From assembly GCA_044892525.1 (NCBI GenBank), contig CM097885.1, positions 78,802,001-78,866,000 on the forward strand: a stretch of 64,000 bases of DNA. The letters run 5' to 3'. The stretch is from Schmidtea polychroa (lineage: Eukaryota). Below, in pieces: positions 39,805 to 53,256 of the stretch (its first letter is position 1; the number at the start of each line of letters is the position of its first letter). The notes under the pieces are model-generated. The model had not been told where the DNA came from and did not search any database. It saw only the letters and a program-made list of their open reading frames with translations. The position numbers and the translations under genes are program-made.

Positions 39805-40580
39805 ATTAATAATGGAAATTAATTATTTTAAACTACTATAGACTAAATTTTAAGAGAAAAAAATTTTTATGAAGAAATTATAATATGACTTTTTAAATTA
39901 TGTTAAATTTTATGCATTCAATCAACTTTTCAATAAGTTCAAAAAAACCAAAAAAAATTTAATTCAAAACTACTTACTAACTTTGACAGTAGTTCATTTC
40001 TAACATAATTAATTTTATTTGAAAAATATTTTGTCTAATATTAATTAAAATTATATCAAAAAAAAAATTTACTTAGGTTATTTCATGAATAAATCATAGA
40101 ACAATTCATTGGGAGGTATAGTTGATTGAATATGAATATAAGAGATAATATAACAACGAAAAGTGTTGATTAGGCAAGTTAGAGATGACTAAAAATTAGC
40201 CGTAAAGCTAATAAAATACGAATTTCAAAATTTATTAAATAAATGATATATATGGCTCTATGATACATTTATTAAATTCATTGTTTTTTAAAGTGCTAAA
40301 TTAAATATATGAAATAACCTAAGTAAATAATATAATTTAAATAATATTAGACAAAATATTTTTCAAATAAAATTAATTATGTTAGAAATGAACTACTGTC
40401 AAAGTTAGTAAGTAGTGTTGAATTAAATTTTTTTTGGTTTTTTTGAACTTATTGAAAAGTTGATTGAATGCATAAAATTTAACATAATTTAAAAAGTCAT
40501 ATTATAATTTCTTCATAAAAATTTTTTTCTCTTAAAATTTAGTCTATAGTAGTTTAAAATAATTAATTTCCATTATTAAT

Positions 40581-40735
40581 AAGGATCCAAATGGTCCTCA
40601 CTACCAAAAATTGTGCGCTCGAGCCACCCCTATTTGGAGCAGTCGCAAGAGTCAACCACTTCAGAGTGCAATGAAGTAATCTCATCTTGGAAAAACCACC
40701 TCGATGATCATGGTTAAACCGCGCCAGGTAAGTAT
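40581..40735 (-). ncRNA. U1: U1a, mirror copy
   Basis: Reverse complement of 39650-39804. Confidence 0.96.
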
Positions 40736-41003
40736 GAATTTATTCACCAAGCCATTCTCTAATATAAAATTCACAAATTTCTGCTACTAATGATTTTATC
40801 TTAAAATAATTTATAACGAAGCTGTAAAATAGAATTTTACAGACTTCATTATTTGATTTACATTAGTTTAATGGAACTATAATTTTTTTTGGTTAAAGTT
40901 TAATTATTGAGTGAATTGAGATAAATAATATTTCGTTGATATTAATAATAAATTGAAGTATTGAGAAACAAGATAGATAAAAAAATATTAATTTAATTTT
41001 CAT

Positions 41004-41157
41004 CAGGGACCCGAAAGTCCCCACTAACAAAAATTACATGTTCGACTTATCCGATTTGGAGAAGCGCGGAGGTCAACCCCATCGCAGTGCAATGACAAAG
41101 CCTCGCTCCGGGTGTACCGCCTGAGTGATCACGGTAGCACCAACACCAAGTAAGTTT
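41004..41157 (-). ncRNA. U1: U1b, mirror copy
   Basis: Reverse complement of 39228-39381. Confidence 0.92.
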
Positions 41158-43364
41158 GAAATAATTCATTTTCACGTCGATTTATATCATTTTCTATTTC
41201 ATTACCATTTCATAATTCTATACATTTTCAACGCACCCGCTCAGATTTTCCGATCGCTAAATTATTATTTCTATACATTTCACAGCTTTATCTATTATTA
41301 GACACTTGATATTTGGTAATATATATCAATCTACACGCCATGTCAAATGCTCCAATTCAAGGGAATCACATTAATAATTTCACTAACAGAATTATCTATT
41401 TGTTCGGTTGCCTTTAAATGAGAAGCAAATTTGTTTTAATTTTTAATTCTTTATTTCTTTAATTAATTTGTTCTTTTCTTTGTAAATCTCTTTCTTATTT
41501 GTCAATCTCTATGCAATCATTCCTTATTGAAATTATAATAATCGTTAACCGACAAGTTACATGTAAGTGTTGTAAAGTTTTTAAATTTCTACTTCGTTTG
41601 GGGAAACCAAATAAAAATGCAGGACAAAAGTTTTAGTTGAAAGCAAAGCAAAGACGATTTATCAAAATAAAACGTCAATAGGAGTCACATTTATGAAAAA
41701 GAGAGCTTGAAGACTATAAATCAATAATACATCGATGTTTTTTGATACTCACGAATTTTCGGAACTGCCTTTTCCAAGTGCATTTTTTTAAATAATATTT
41801 TTATTCTTCAAATTATTATTGTGAATTTGATGTTTTTATTGATTTTTTACCTTGTTGAGGTCAGTAAATTAAAAGAAATTTAAATAAAATGTAGTTCGAA
41901 TGAAAAAGACAAATAAAATTGTGGTCATGCACAGAATTGGTGGCAAAGGAAATTATGATGGAAACAGTATTAGGAAATAGCAAAAGCAGTTACGAAAGGC
42001 AAAAATTCGCAAATCCGAAAAAATCAATAAATTCTAAATTTATCGAAATTGAATCGGAAAAACGAGGCAGGTATAGATTAGGTAATGGTTAACAAGATGG
42101 TGATTAGAAATTTATCAGAAATGTTTAGAAAGAGTCGAAAAGTATTCGAAGGTGTTAAAACAAAAAATCCTTAATTAATTAATTAATTGGCTAATAGAAA
42201 ACCCGAGCTAATAGGAAACTCGAGCCAATAGAGAACCCGAGAGATGAAGGAAACCCGAGCTCGATTAACATGGAAAATTAACAAAATCAGAATCTCGGAA
42301 GGCCATTATCATGACAGCATGATTAATGGAGACAAACAAAGTTTATGGCTACCACAAAGGATTAACAAAGGGAGGCAATTAATCACTATATGGTTCAAAA
42401 AGCGTTCGATAAAACCGGTTGTCAAACCATTGTCAGATAAAGGCGATCCGGTCAAAAACCAATTAATCAAAGTGATTATTTTAGTATAAAAGCAAAGTCG
42501 AAATTCAAAATAATCGGCAGTTTGCCTTAGTTAGGGATGGAAGAAATCGAGGTTAGGTTTGAAGGAAAATTAAGATACGAGAAGACAAAGGGTAGGGAAA
42601 CGGTAATTGAAGAAATAAAAAGTAGTATTGTTAAACGATAAAAAGGGGAAGAGTAAAAGATTAAAGGAAACCAAAAAAATAAAAAGGGAAGAATTGAATC
42701 AAAGGAAATTAGGGAATCAGAATAAAGAGTAACGTTAAAGGAAAACAAGAATATTAAAAGGTGATTTTTATAGTGAATCCCACATAGTCCAGATATCATG
42801 CAGCAGAGCTTGATCGAGTAATTGATAAATAATATTATTTGCATATCCGGTTAATTGTAAAAATTTGTAATATACGTTGGGTAGTTTTGTTATTTGTGAT
42901 TTTCAATTAAAGGAACACAAGAAGTCAGACAGTACCGACTCAAAAATATTAAAACCCAACAACCTCATTTTTGTACCTTTCTTGTTGAACCACAACAATT
43001 GAATGGAAAATTTAATAAAAGGTGTAAAAAATTTTTTTCAGAAAAAGTAATATAAATCTTTTGGATGAAATATTAGAAACTTTAAGATTATAACAAATAT
43101 AAAATTTAATAGAATGTTTAATTTATGTGAAAGTGTTATTGGAAAAAGAAATAAATAAATTATAGTGACCATCTATGTCACCCTGTTTAATTAAATTGTA
43201 AAAATATAAACAAGTATTCATTTATAGAAGACCTCATACTAAGAATTATTTTACAAAAATATTAGAATGTAAATCAAATTCGTGGTGTGCCCTATAACTA
43301 GTGAGACCCATATAGAAATAAATAAACGAACGCAAATATATTGTATTTATAAGAAGTAAGTCAT

Positions 43365-43985
43365 GTAGGATTTATTTCTCAAAATAATTTCCATTTACAT
43401 CGACACATTTTGTCGGCGTGAAACTCGGGTTTGGAAAGCGATTCTGAAGAAATTCGGAGAATTTTCACGAAGAAAATGCGTCACTCCATTTTTACAATGG
43501 TATTTTATAGCAAACGGCTGATCTCGCAGGAGATTTCTTGAGGTGATTAAACACATATAAGTCTAAAGGAGCCAAATCCGGCCTGTATGGAAGATGGAAA
43601 AGCACGATACGTTCACAACTCTCAATTTTTCCCATTGAAACTACACTCGTTTGGATGGGAAATGTTATCGTGTAAGTCATAGAGCCCACACACGATGCTT
43701 TTACATTGGAGCTTCATTGTGTAATTGTAACATGAATTCACAACCAACCAAAACAATAACCACTAATTGTGACTGGAGCTTCCTTGTTTCTTGCACAAGT
43801 TTGTAGTATTATGAGCTGTTAATTTGAACACCACTTTGGCAAAATCAACTAGAATTATGCCACTGACATCCGAAAACACAGTCAGTATGAGCGCCCTTCA
43901 ATGACTAGTTGATGACTTCATCTTCTTAGAACAGACCTCTCTATGTAGTTTCCACATTTCAGATTCCAGTTTAAACTATGGAACA
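43365..43985 (-). mobile_element. Mirror copy of the mariner remnant
   Basis: Identical ORF at 43492-43689. Confidence 0.75.
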
Positions 43986-46331
43986 TAAATAAAGTGTTAT
44001 CTCATCCATGGTAATAATATTCTCAAAAAAATGCTATCTAACGTCCAAGATTTGAAGATTTTCTTCGCAACACTACAGACGTCGATTTTGTATTTCAGCA
44101 ATAAAAACATAATACAAAGCGATAATATAATTTTCTTATTCTACTTTATTTGAGTATTGTATAAGTAGTGCTTTTACTCACATTCAGGCGCATTACTAAC
44201 TCTCTAGTTGTAATTTTTCACTCAGCCTGAACTATATTTTAGGTCTTCCATTTTTTTCTTTGATTTCACAATGTCTACTTGGCTTATCCTTATCATAAAT
44301 TGAAGTTCTTTCACTCAGAAATTTATTCTGCCAACGGTAAATAGTTGCATTTGATAACTATTCATCGCCATAAACAGCACTCAGCTTTTTATAAAGAGAA
44401 AACGAATGACACTGCAATAATGCACTCTTTTGATGGGTATTTTAAAATAAATTGTAAAATTTATTAATTAAGTAATAACTGATTAAAACAAATACCAATA
44501 TATTTAGATATATACGACTAAATATTGAATTTATTAAATTTATTAAAAAGAAAGACTGAAGACTATAAATCAGTAATATATCGATGACCACGTATATATA
44601 AATTTAATTTAAGGTATCGGGGCATCATACGAAACAATAAAACACAAATATATTTATTCTAAATTAATGGGTTATTAATTACTAAGATACAAATTTATTA
44701 ATTTATTATTTAAAATCCTGTTGGTGGCATTGATCATTTCAGTTAGAAAAAAAGTCCCTGAGCTACACAAATATAATAATAGACTGTCAAGCGGAAGAAA
44801 AGTGATTGAAAATAAATTTTTTGTTCAGGTTAAGGAGTTTGTAAAACAGTGATATGGTTTAAAAATTCTATTGATAAATGTTGAGATATCCTTATATAAG
44901 ATCAAATAAATATGATCTAATTTGTCGTCTTATTCAAAGAAATTAATAGTAGGATTATGCAGAGAAGTCAAGTCACATTCTTATGTGACAAAATTTGAGC
45001 CGATTCTCCTCGGGATTACCCATAGTTAAAACCAATATAGTTAAATACAATAGCTTGCGGAGCATATAAAATTCGTGATTGTTGAGTGCTTATCTATTAA
45101 AAATTTAGAATTACTATATCGGAAATAAAGTTTATTGTTTTGAGTTATGTTTCTTCAATAGAAAGGACACGAAAATTCATAATATTATTTATTTCCTACC
45201 GAAATGTTGTAATAACGCAACCGTAAAAATTTTTTTTTCGAACATGGAAAAGAGTTTAAATTTAAATGTCAATTGATTATCAAAAGTGGAACAATTTGGT
45301 TACGGTAGATTCTGATAATTTTGATGTTTAAATTTGATGTTACTTTTTGACAAAATGTCTCGGAAAATAGAAATTTGCATGCAGTATAAAGAAATTGGAG
45401 AAATATATTTGCAAAATTTTAATAAAAAGAAAAATCAGATCAAAGGTGAACAAAAAAATAAAACACTTTACTCATCATCTATACATTTTTTGAGCAATTT
45501 ACACAGAAATATTCCGTGGAATCTTTAATAGGATAATTAAAATTTTCAAAATTTTTCTATTTGAATTGGTGTCATGTTAAGTGAGAAAGGGAAACGTTCT
45601 AAAGTTTGGTTTAGGGTATTTACCTCTCATAGAAATTAAAATAAATTATTATTATATTAGTTAGTTTGATATCTTCTATATGTTGACCATGACGAGTTAT
45701 TATGCTATCGAAGTAACGAAAGAATCCAAGCGTGATAAATCATAGGAAAACAGTAATTGGAAAAATAAATAAATTATAGGTGACCATCTATAATCTTAAA
45801 AAAATCTATAACCTTATATTATACAAAAATACAAACTTTGAATCCTTCACTTTTTTTCAAAATATAAAACTTAATAAAACTAAAATGGTAAAAGTCACTA
45901 TTTTTGCATAAAGTAAAATTGGGTAATTACAATAAAAGACTGGTTTTATATAGCATATTCAAATTAAAAATCTGTATTTCATTTTATCAATTACGTAGGA
46001 CATTTTTTAAAGTATCCGGTTCCTCTGGTTTATCCGACATTGGTATCAAATTATGTAAAGCTCAGTATAGTTCAATAAAACAACTCGAAAATTATTTTGC
46101 TAATAAAATCCTTACATTTTGGTAACAGATTCAATTTTGTTTATTTTTCGAGAATACGATTAAACTAAAAATTAATAGTTGTTTAAATGAATTAGTTATT
46201 TTGTTATATTTCAAATAATTCAAATTTTATTTCAGATGATATTTCTAAAAATTTCTAATTAAAATTGTGTAAACTGAAATTTATTATTATTATATAATTG
46301 GAATTTTTTGTTCGAACAAATACTGAATCTA

Positions 46332-47152
46332 ATGGCTAGTGATGTCATTGTCCGAGAGCCAGAGGTGAGAATTTCGCAGTTAAATAATCTAGAAATTTTA
46401 ATTTTTCAGAAAATTTTTCTGAAATGCGATATCGATTTAATGAAATTTCCTTCAGAATGGCAGGATATTCTACAGCCATTTTATCGAGTATGATTATTGT
46501 TGATTATTATCAATCTATTTAATTTTTACAGTTGTTCGAAACTCAAATTTACGAATGGGACAAATTTGAATTCATTGCTCCAGAGTCGATGTTCGAAAAA
46601 TTCGAACTCAAAGTAAATATCTTTTATAATTTTGAGAATATATCAGTTGAAATTTGATAATTAGAAAGTGGATTTAGGTATCAAAGATTGGTTGAACATG
46701 GATGAATGCGCCCAATTAGCACGAGACAAATATGGCGACAGAGTAATGCTGAATAAAGAGCAATTTAACGATTTGAGACGAATGGGAGAAATCCATGTCA
46801 AAAGCATTCAATTTCCAGGTGCAATAAATTCTTATTGATTATAGATAATACTCAATTAATTAATTAAAATTCAAAAAAATCAATTATAGTTTTGAGATAA
46901 ATGAGCAAACTAATAAAATATCCCGAATGAATCAATACTTATCAAAATGCTAAAAAGTAATTAACTAATTAATTAAAAAGTTTGATTTTTAAATACGTTT
47001 TAACACCTGAGGGAGATAGTACATTGAACAGGGCACAATTGATACCCTGCAATTATCGTGTTGATTTTATTCATCATGGAGAATTAATTTGGAATTTAGC
47101 CGCAATCAATTTCCATGGAAACATTCGAAATTCCATTGTAACAAAACTGTAA
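46332..47152 (+). CDS. Unidentified ~160-aa protein; exons 46332-46364, 46410-46487, 46532-46612, 46665-46818, and tentatively 47016-47152
   Basis: Three 44-52 nt GT-AG introns keep an open frame (MASDVIVREPE|KIFLKCDID...|LFETQIYEWDK...|KVDLGIKDW...). The acceptor of the last exon is uncertain. Confidence 0.7.
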
Positions 47153-49083
47153 TGGAAAATGATCTCGTGAGATCTGATTTGCTGTTGAATCTGATTGGAT
47201 GATGAGCTACACCAAATGTGTGTTGGTTTCGATTGGCTTTTACCTCTCTGCCTAAGTCACGTGGTATTCAATATTGTTCAAATTGATCTTTTCATTTATT
47301 GATGGACATAATATATTTCTTCGACATTTGACTTCCAGGAATTATATTCAAATATGAAATAGTGCAAATATCGATTTGTTGGACATATCTACGTTGTTTT
47401 TAATGCTGGATTCAGAGATCTTATAAAGCAAATTCATGCTCAAAAATAAAAAAAGAAAACACAATCAAGGTTTCCAACAGGTTATTAGCAATGGCATCAA
47501 ACGGCGACTTAGAATTAAAGAGTTGACTTAGACTAAAAATATTTAATCATAATTACATATTTTAGTTGCAATTTTTCCATTTTACATTATCACTGCTTAT
47601 GTTTCTTATTGTTGCAAATTATTGTTATAATGTTATTATATAATGATATAGAGTTATATATAGTAATATTTCCTCCAAATGACTCCACAAACATATCTGT
47701 AATTATATAAACATTACAAGCGTTGTGATACCCAGTGCAAATCCCAATAGTAGACTAGTTGCGAGCTTTTGGCTCTCATCAGTACTAAGCAGGAGACGCG
47801 AAAATTTCTCTTCGAGCCAGGAAAGTATACAATATTGCTGATTCAACTCTATTGCATAATTTCCCTGCTACACTGGAAATCACATCACGACACCATTGGA
47901 AGCTTAATGTAGAATTCAATTAAACATCAATTTGAAATCACAGAATTGTTTATATCTAGTTATTGTTGCTATTAGGCAAAAATCAAATTAACAAATTAAA
48001 TTTAATTAAAATCAGGTTTTCATTTGATAAAATTTAGATAGTTTATTCACTATTCGATTTTCCAATGGCAATGAAAATTAAATGACTGAAATGATTGAAA
48101 TGCCAAAATTTGCAATATTACTATGTTGATTAATTACGTTACATAATAATATAATTAGGTAATCGCATTATAAAAATTCACATTCACTCATACATTCACA
48201 TATTGAATTAGTCTTGACGTTCGGGGATTTCATCTGACCAGATCAGTTATCTGCAAATATGCATTCAGCTAGTAACTGATAATATTGCAGGCGACATTAT
48301 TCGAAGAACTATAAATGAATTACGAAAGACGATATTGGTAGTTTCTTTTATTCTGTCAGCGTTCAAGGAAGTATTGAAATGCATCGGTAGATGCAGCAAA
48401 TGTTATGAACAATGTTGATAGAAATGACGCTGGCCACAGAATGTTAAAATCTATGTCTAAACAATTCATTTCAAATGTGCAATGCCGATCCACACCGATC
48501 AATTAAAAGTGAAATCAAGGTTTAATGTCCAAAATTTATGATTTTAAAGAAACATTTACACTAATTGTTTTGTTTATACAATATGTTTACCAAAATGATA
48601 ATAATGACAAATTTTTCAACAGTTATGTTTATGTTGGTTATTTATAAACACTATTTTATATCATCGTTATTCAATGTTTGTTGAGAAACTGTGAAAGGAC
48701 GTTAAAAAGAATTTTTACTTTAATAAATGATATGTAATTTTATTGAATTAGCAAACCTTGATTCATTTATTGCATTTTTATTTTCGAGTAAAAGTTTTAC
48801 GACATTTCTATTTATCCTTTCATTATTCAATGCTATACTGATATTAAAAAAATTATATATAAGCTAAAGTTGTTCTAACAGAGGAGCTAATGGTATATGC
48901 AATAGATATGATAATTTACAATGACTGTCAGAAATCATATCAAAGCTTCAAATTTCTCTGTGATTTCTATAATAAATTCTATTAGTTCAATGTTTATATC
49001 CTTCCCGTTCTGCAATTAGATCCATATATGATATATCCATTTATATTCATTTCATTGACAGTAAATTATATTATAGAAAAATG

Positions 49084-49085
49084 AA

Positions 49086-49154
<69 letters not shown>
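49084..49154. repeat. (AAT)n microsatellite
   Basis: Over 20 AAT units. Confidence 0.95.
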
Positions 49155-49155
<1 letters not shown>

Positions 49156-49866
49156 TAGGTAAAGATCATGTTTGGAAAGTAAATCGATTTTTCCAGAAAG
49201 GCACGGATCGAACTTATAAGGACTTTCAAAAGGTAAGGAAAACATTAACATTTTAGTATATTATAATACAGAAAACGTAAATTTCACCTCATACGCCAGC
49301 GCATAGGGAGCGATATTAAATCTGGATGAACATCTGTGTGAGAATTGGTGAGAGCTGACAGGCAACAGAGTTCATATACATATTCTTTCAATATCATCTC
49401 GAGATAAAATTGTAAATAGAAAATAATTTGAAAACAAAATTCATATTTTACTGATGGGAGATTATTGACGAGCGATCTCTGAATCAGGAAATCATTTATT
49501 ACTATTACCTTTATTTTATCCAGTCTATCATTCAATTTGATTGAAATTTGATTTTGCACAAATAAATCTCTTCGATTTGTTGTGACGATGAATTATCACC
49601 AATTTTGTTATTTTACATGCAAATTGTGAGAGATTTGTTGTTGATAACTGCTGCTTTTAACTAGTGATACCATTTTTTGACTTCCGAACTTAGTCGTAGC
49701 TTAAAACAGGCACAATAAAATACATGCAGAGTGCAGGATGCTAAATAAGTAGCAATCAGCATGAAAAATTTAATAAAACAACTATTTAGTAAAATTTAGA
49801 AATAACAAATTAGTCATTATGACTTCCTTAATATGACATACACGATGATGGAAGGCCAGAAGAATC

Positions 49867-50904
49867 GGCGACGGTTTACTATATGCATCCCAAAAAAATA
49901 ATTAGTTAATAAATAAATTAATTAAATAATCATTTTATTTTAAACCTTAAAAATGCAAAATTATCCTGACTTATACATAATTTTTCAAATTAGCTCTGAT
50001 AAATTGGAATCTATTGAATACTTTCAGAGAAAAAACGTTTTAAAAAGTAATTTTAATTGTTTTTGTGGTCATCAAATGACTTTAATACAAAGAAATAATA
50101 TTACAGATGGATATACCTATAGATGTTCAAGAAAATGCTCTTCCTGCAGTGTAAGGAAAGATTCTTTTTTTGAGAAATCAAAGCTACCACTTTCTACATT
50201 GGTTTTGGGTATTGGGGGTGCCTAGCAATAAAATTTTAACAATGTTAAAGTTATCAAAAAAAACTTTGGCAGATTGGAATAATTTCTTTTCAGAAATTTG
50301 ATCGACCTCTTTACTAAATTTAAATAACGATGATCTCATGATTGGGTGAGAAGGAGTAATCACTGAAATCGATGAAACTCTTATCTCCAAAAAAACCAAA
50401 TATAATAGAGGTCGGAGATAGAGGGAAGTTTGGATGATGGGCGGTATTGACAGAGTTTCACAAAAATGGTTTGCGAGAGTTGTCGAAAGAAGAGATCGTG
50501 AAACTCTTGTTCCCTTAATCACTAGGCTCTATTATCCACTCTGATATGTGGCGTGGATATTATACCGAAACCTTCAATCTCGGAAATTTACCTGGATTAA
50601 ATTACACACCCTGCTGTTAATCACAAATTGGAATATGTTAACCAAGAAACTGGTGTTCATACCAACACTATTGAAGGATTATGAGGTAATTTAAAGACTG
50701 ATTTAAGAAGTAGAAGAGGAATGTCATTTACCGAAAAAATGGCTTTTATTGATTTTAAAATGTGGTTATCAAGGCAAAATACAACAGAAAATCATTTACT
50801 AAATATGTTTTTGTACGCAATTTCTGCCATAAAATAAATGATTATTTAATTGATTTATTTATTATTTAATTATTTTTTTGGGATGCGTATAGTTAACCGT
50901 CGCC
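49867..50904 (+). mobile_element. Merlin (IS1016/ISXO2-like) DNA transposon, 1038 bp, with inactivated transposase
   Basis: ~38-bp TIRs GGCGACGGTT..GCATCCCAAAAAAATAATTA with 2 mismatches. Perfect 8-bp TSD GAAGAATC. Motifs EIDET, WMMGGIDR, IHSDMWRGY, VNH, HTNTIEG, interrupted by frameshifts and stops. Confidence 0.95.
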
Positions 50905-51140
50905 GAAGAATCAAATCTATAGTTGCCAACTGCATACTGTTACATCTAGAGGATAAATAAGCGGTAATGATGTTTCAAATGATGCTAAATACCCCGAAAT
51001 CAATTATGTAAAACAAATTATTGTATAAAAATTGTTCTTTCATTCGATATTTAAGTCTATCATGCTCATGTTCTTCATCAAGTTATTAATGGGAGAATTT
51101 ATCGTTTGGACAATTGTAATTAAGGTTTTTCATAGAAAAG

Positions 51141-52265
51141 ATGATAGAAATCGCCCTGAGTGCCCATATTTACCTACCCATCTTGATGAACCAGAAATTT
51201 TATATGTAAATTTAAAAATGAAATATTCTAACAATTAATCCCGTTGATCAATTGAGAGTATATTTATTTAAAAAAAATGATCCTGTTCAAGTGATATATT
51301 AAACTATTGGATTTATCCAGGACCTGTCGAGAGTGCTTCGACTAATTGAGATCACAATGAAAAACCGAGTGGTCGGCAAAAAGCTTAGTATGTTATCATC
51401 AATAAGACATTTATGGAAAGGGCTATATTTATTTTTTGGTTGGCAATAATTTAATAATAATTTATTAATTTCTATTAGACCTGATTTTTGGTTTGCCCCA
51501 CAATAATCCCGGGAATATCGATGAAAAAATGAATGAAGAATGTACCCAATATTTGATCTGTGAATTGAATGTTTCTGTGAGTTTTTTCTACTAATAATCA
51601 TTATATTCCATTTTATTTTGTTTATTTCCTAAACAGAAAAAATTTCTGGGACAATTATACGACTTTTGGACGTATTTAGAGCAATTGAGCTGTCTCCCTC
51701 TCCAATGCAATGCTAAGAAATTAAAAGAGGTATTAAGTAGTAAATTCTTGTTTAAATGAATATAAAAATAAATAAATTCTATAATTTTCATTCAGCATTT
51801 CCCAGCTTATGTAAGTAGATTGATATTTGCATGTATTTGTTGTGACAATTATTGTTTATGTTGTTATTTATCGCTTGTTGACTTTGATTTACCTGATTCT
51901 GTTCCTATTTTGGTCAATGTGCTGAATTTATCAATCTGATCTTCCGTATCATAATTAAATCAGCCAATGCTTAATTCTCGTTTTATTTAGGAAGATATTG
52001 ATGCCATTCCTAAAGGAATTTATCAATTCATAACTCCCAGCCGCCTCCAAATTGACTTGCGGATCATGAACCGGAATCTGAAAGCCAAATGTTACGATCT
52101 CGTCCAGGATTGTATAAATGACATTGAACAGTCGAATTGGTTTATCGAATTCAAGAACAGTTATGTTGAAAGTGTCTATCGTAATTTTATGTCTTTTCTT
52201 GGATTTATTTCATAATCTATTTTAATTTCTCAGATGAATCCTTATCATTAGAAATTATTGAAAAG
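51141..52265 (+). CDS. Partial unidentified multi-exon gene; exons ~51141-51205, 51321-51387, 51479-51576, 51637-51729, 51991-52180, 52234-52265
   Basis: Five GT-AG introns with consistent phases give an open frame (...PECPYLPTHLDEPEILY|DLSRVLRLIE...|...KKFLGQLYDFWTYLEQL...|EDIDAIPKGIYQF...). Start and end not found. Confidence 0.7.
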
Positions 52266-53256
52266 GTTAGATATAATCCATCGATAATTATGCCAAATTT
52301 TCAATTTTTTTTCATATAAGCTAATAATAATGACATGAATATATAAGAACTTTTTTTTCAAATTTCACCACTGATTTATTTTCCATTTTATTTATTAAAA
52401 AGCTTGGTCAGTAATATATCGATGTTTTTGATATTCACGAATTTTCGCTGCTGCCTTTTCCAATTGAATTTATGGAATATATCAATAAAATAATTATCAG
52501 ATAAAATAATAATTATAATTCCAAATTGATAAAAACTGATAGAAAAATAATTATTGCAATTAATCAAATTAAAATCAAGTGTTAATTAATTATGAGAAAT
52601 AAAAAAATTTGACTGGTATGTAAAAACCCCAAGCGATAATTGATAAAAATAATAAGGTTAGGTTTTCATCAAAATCAAATAATTAGAAAAGATTCTTCAG
52701 TATAAAGGCGAGATGTTGCCTGTCTAATTATTTTATTCGTAGGAAAGATGCCGCTTACGAAATTGTTTTTGCCGAGCGATGTTGTTGCGTAATTTAATTA
52801 TTTTCATAATAAAAAAGAGTGACATTGGTAACCTGTTGCCAGTTTTATCGAAGACAGACAAGAAAAAGAATAACTTAAAGGAGAAGAGTCGACAGAGAAG
52901 TAGAGATAATCTATCAATTAAAGAGCATCTAACGAAAAACATAGGTTATTTCCCTTTGGGATATCTACCTTAAAATATAATCTTTGAAATGTGAGGATCG
53001 TAGTTTATGATATTGCAAAGAATTGTTTTGAAATTAAATAAAGTATTTTGTATTGGGTCTTATTTAATTATTTGAAACAAAGAGCACGAGGTGCCAGACT
53101 TGACGATAACCCAAAAACTGTTATTTTTATCAAGAGTTCTTGAGATATTTCGATATAAATTTTTTTTATTTTTCAAATAAAAGTCGAATTAAAAATTTTA
53201 TAGCGACAGATTTAATTTTCTTACTGTACATAGTTTGTGTACCATTGGTTTATATC

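Larger units (their letters stand above)
34962..40086 (+). repeat. Left arm of a 10.46-kb palindrome
   Basis: Position x pairs with 80385-x at every point checked from 34962 to about 40043. Mirrored ORFs 37896-38141 and 42244-42489 confirm this. Confidence 0.97.
40309..45423 (-). repeat. Right arm of the palindrome (spacer 40087-40308)
   Basis: Reverse complement of the left arm. Substitutions seen at 35014/45371, 35137/45248, 35429/44956 and 39968/40417; a poly-A indel lies next to the spacer. Confidence 0.97.
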
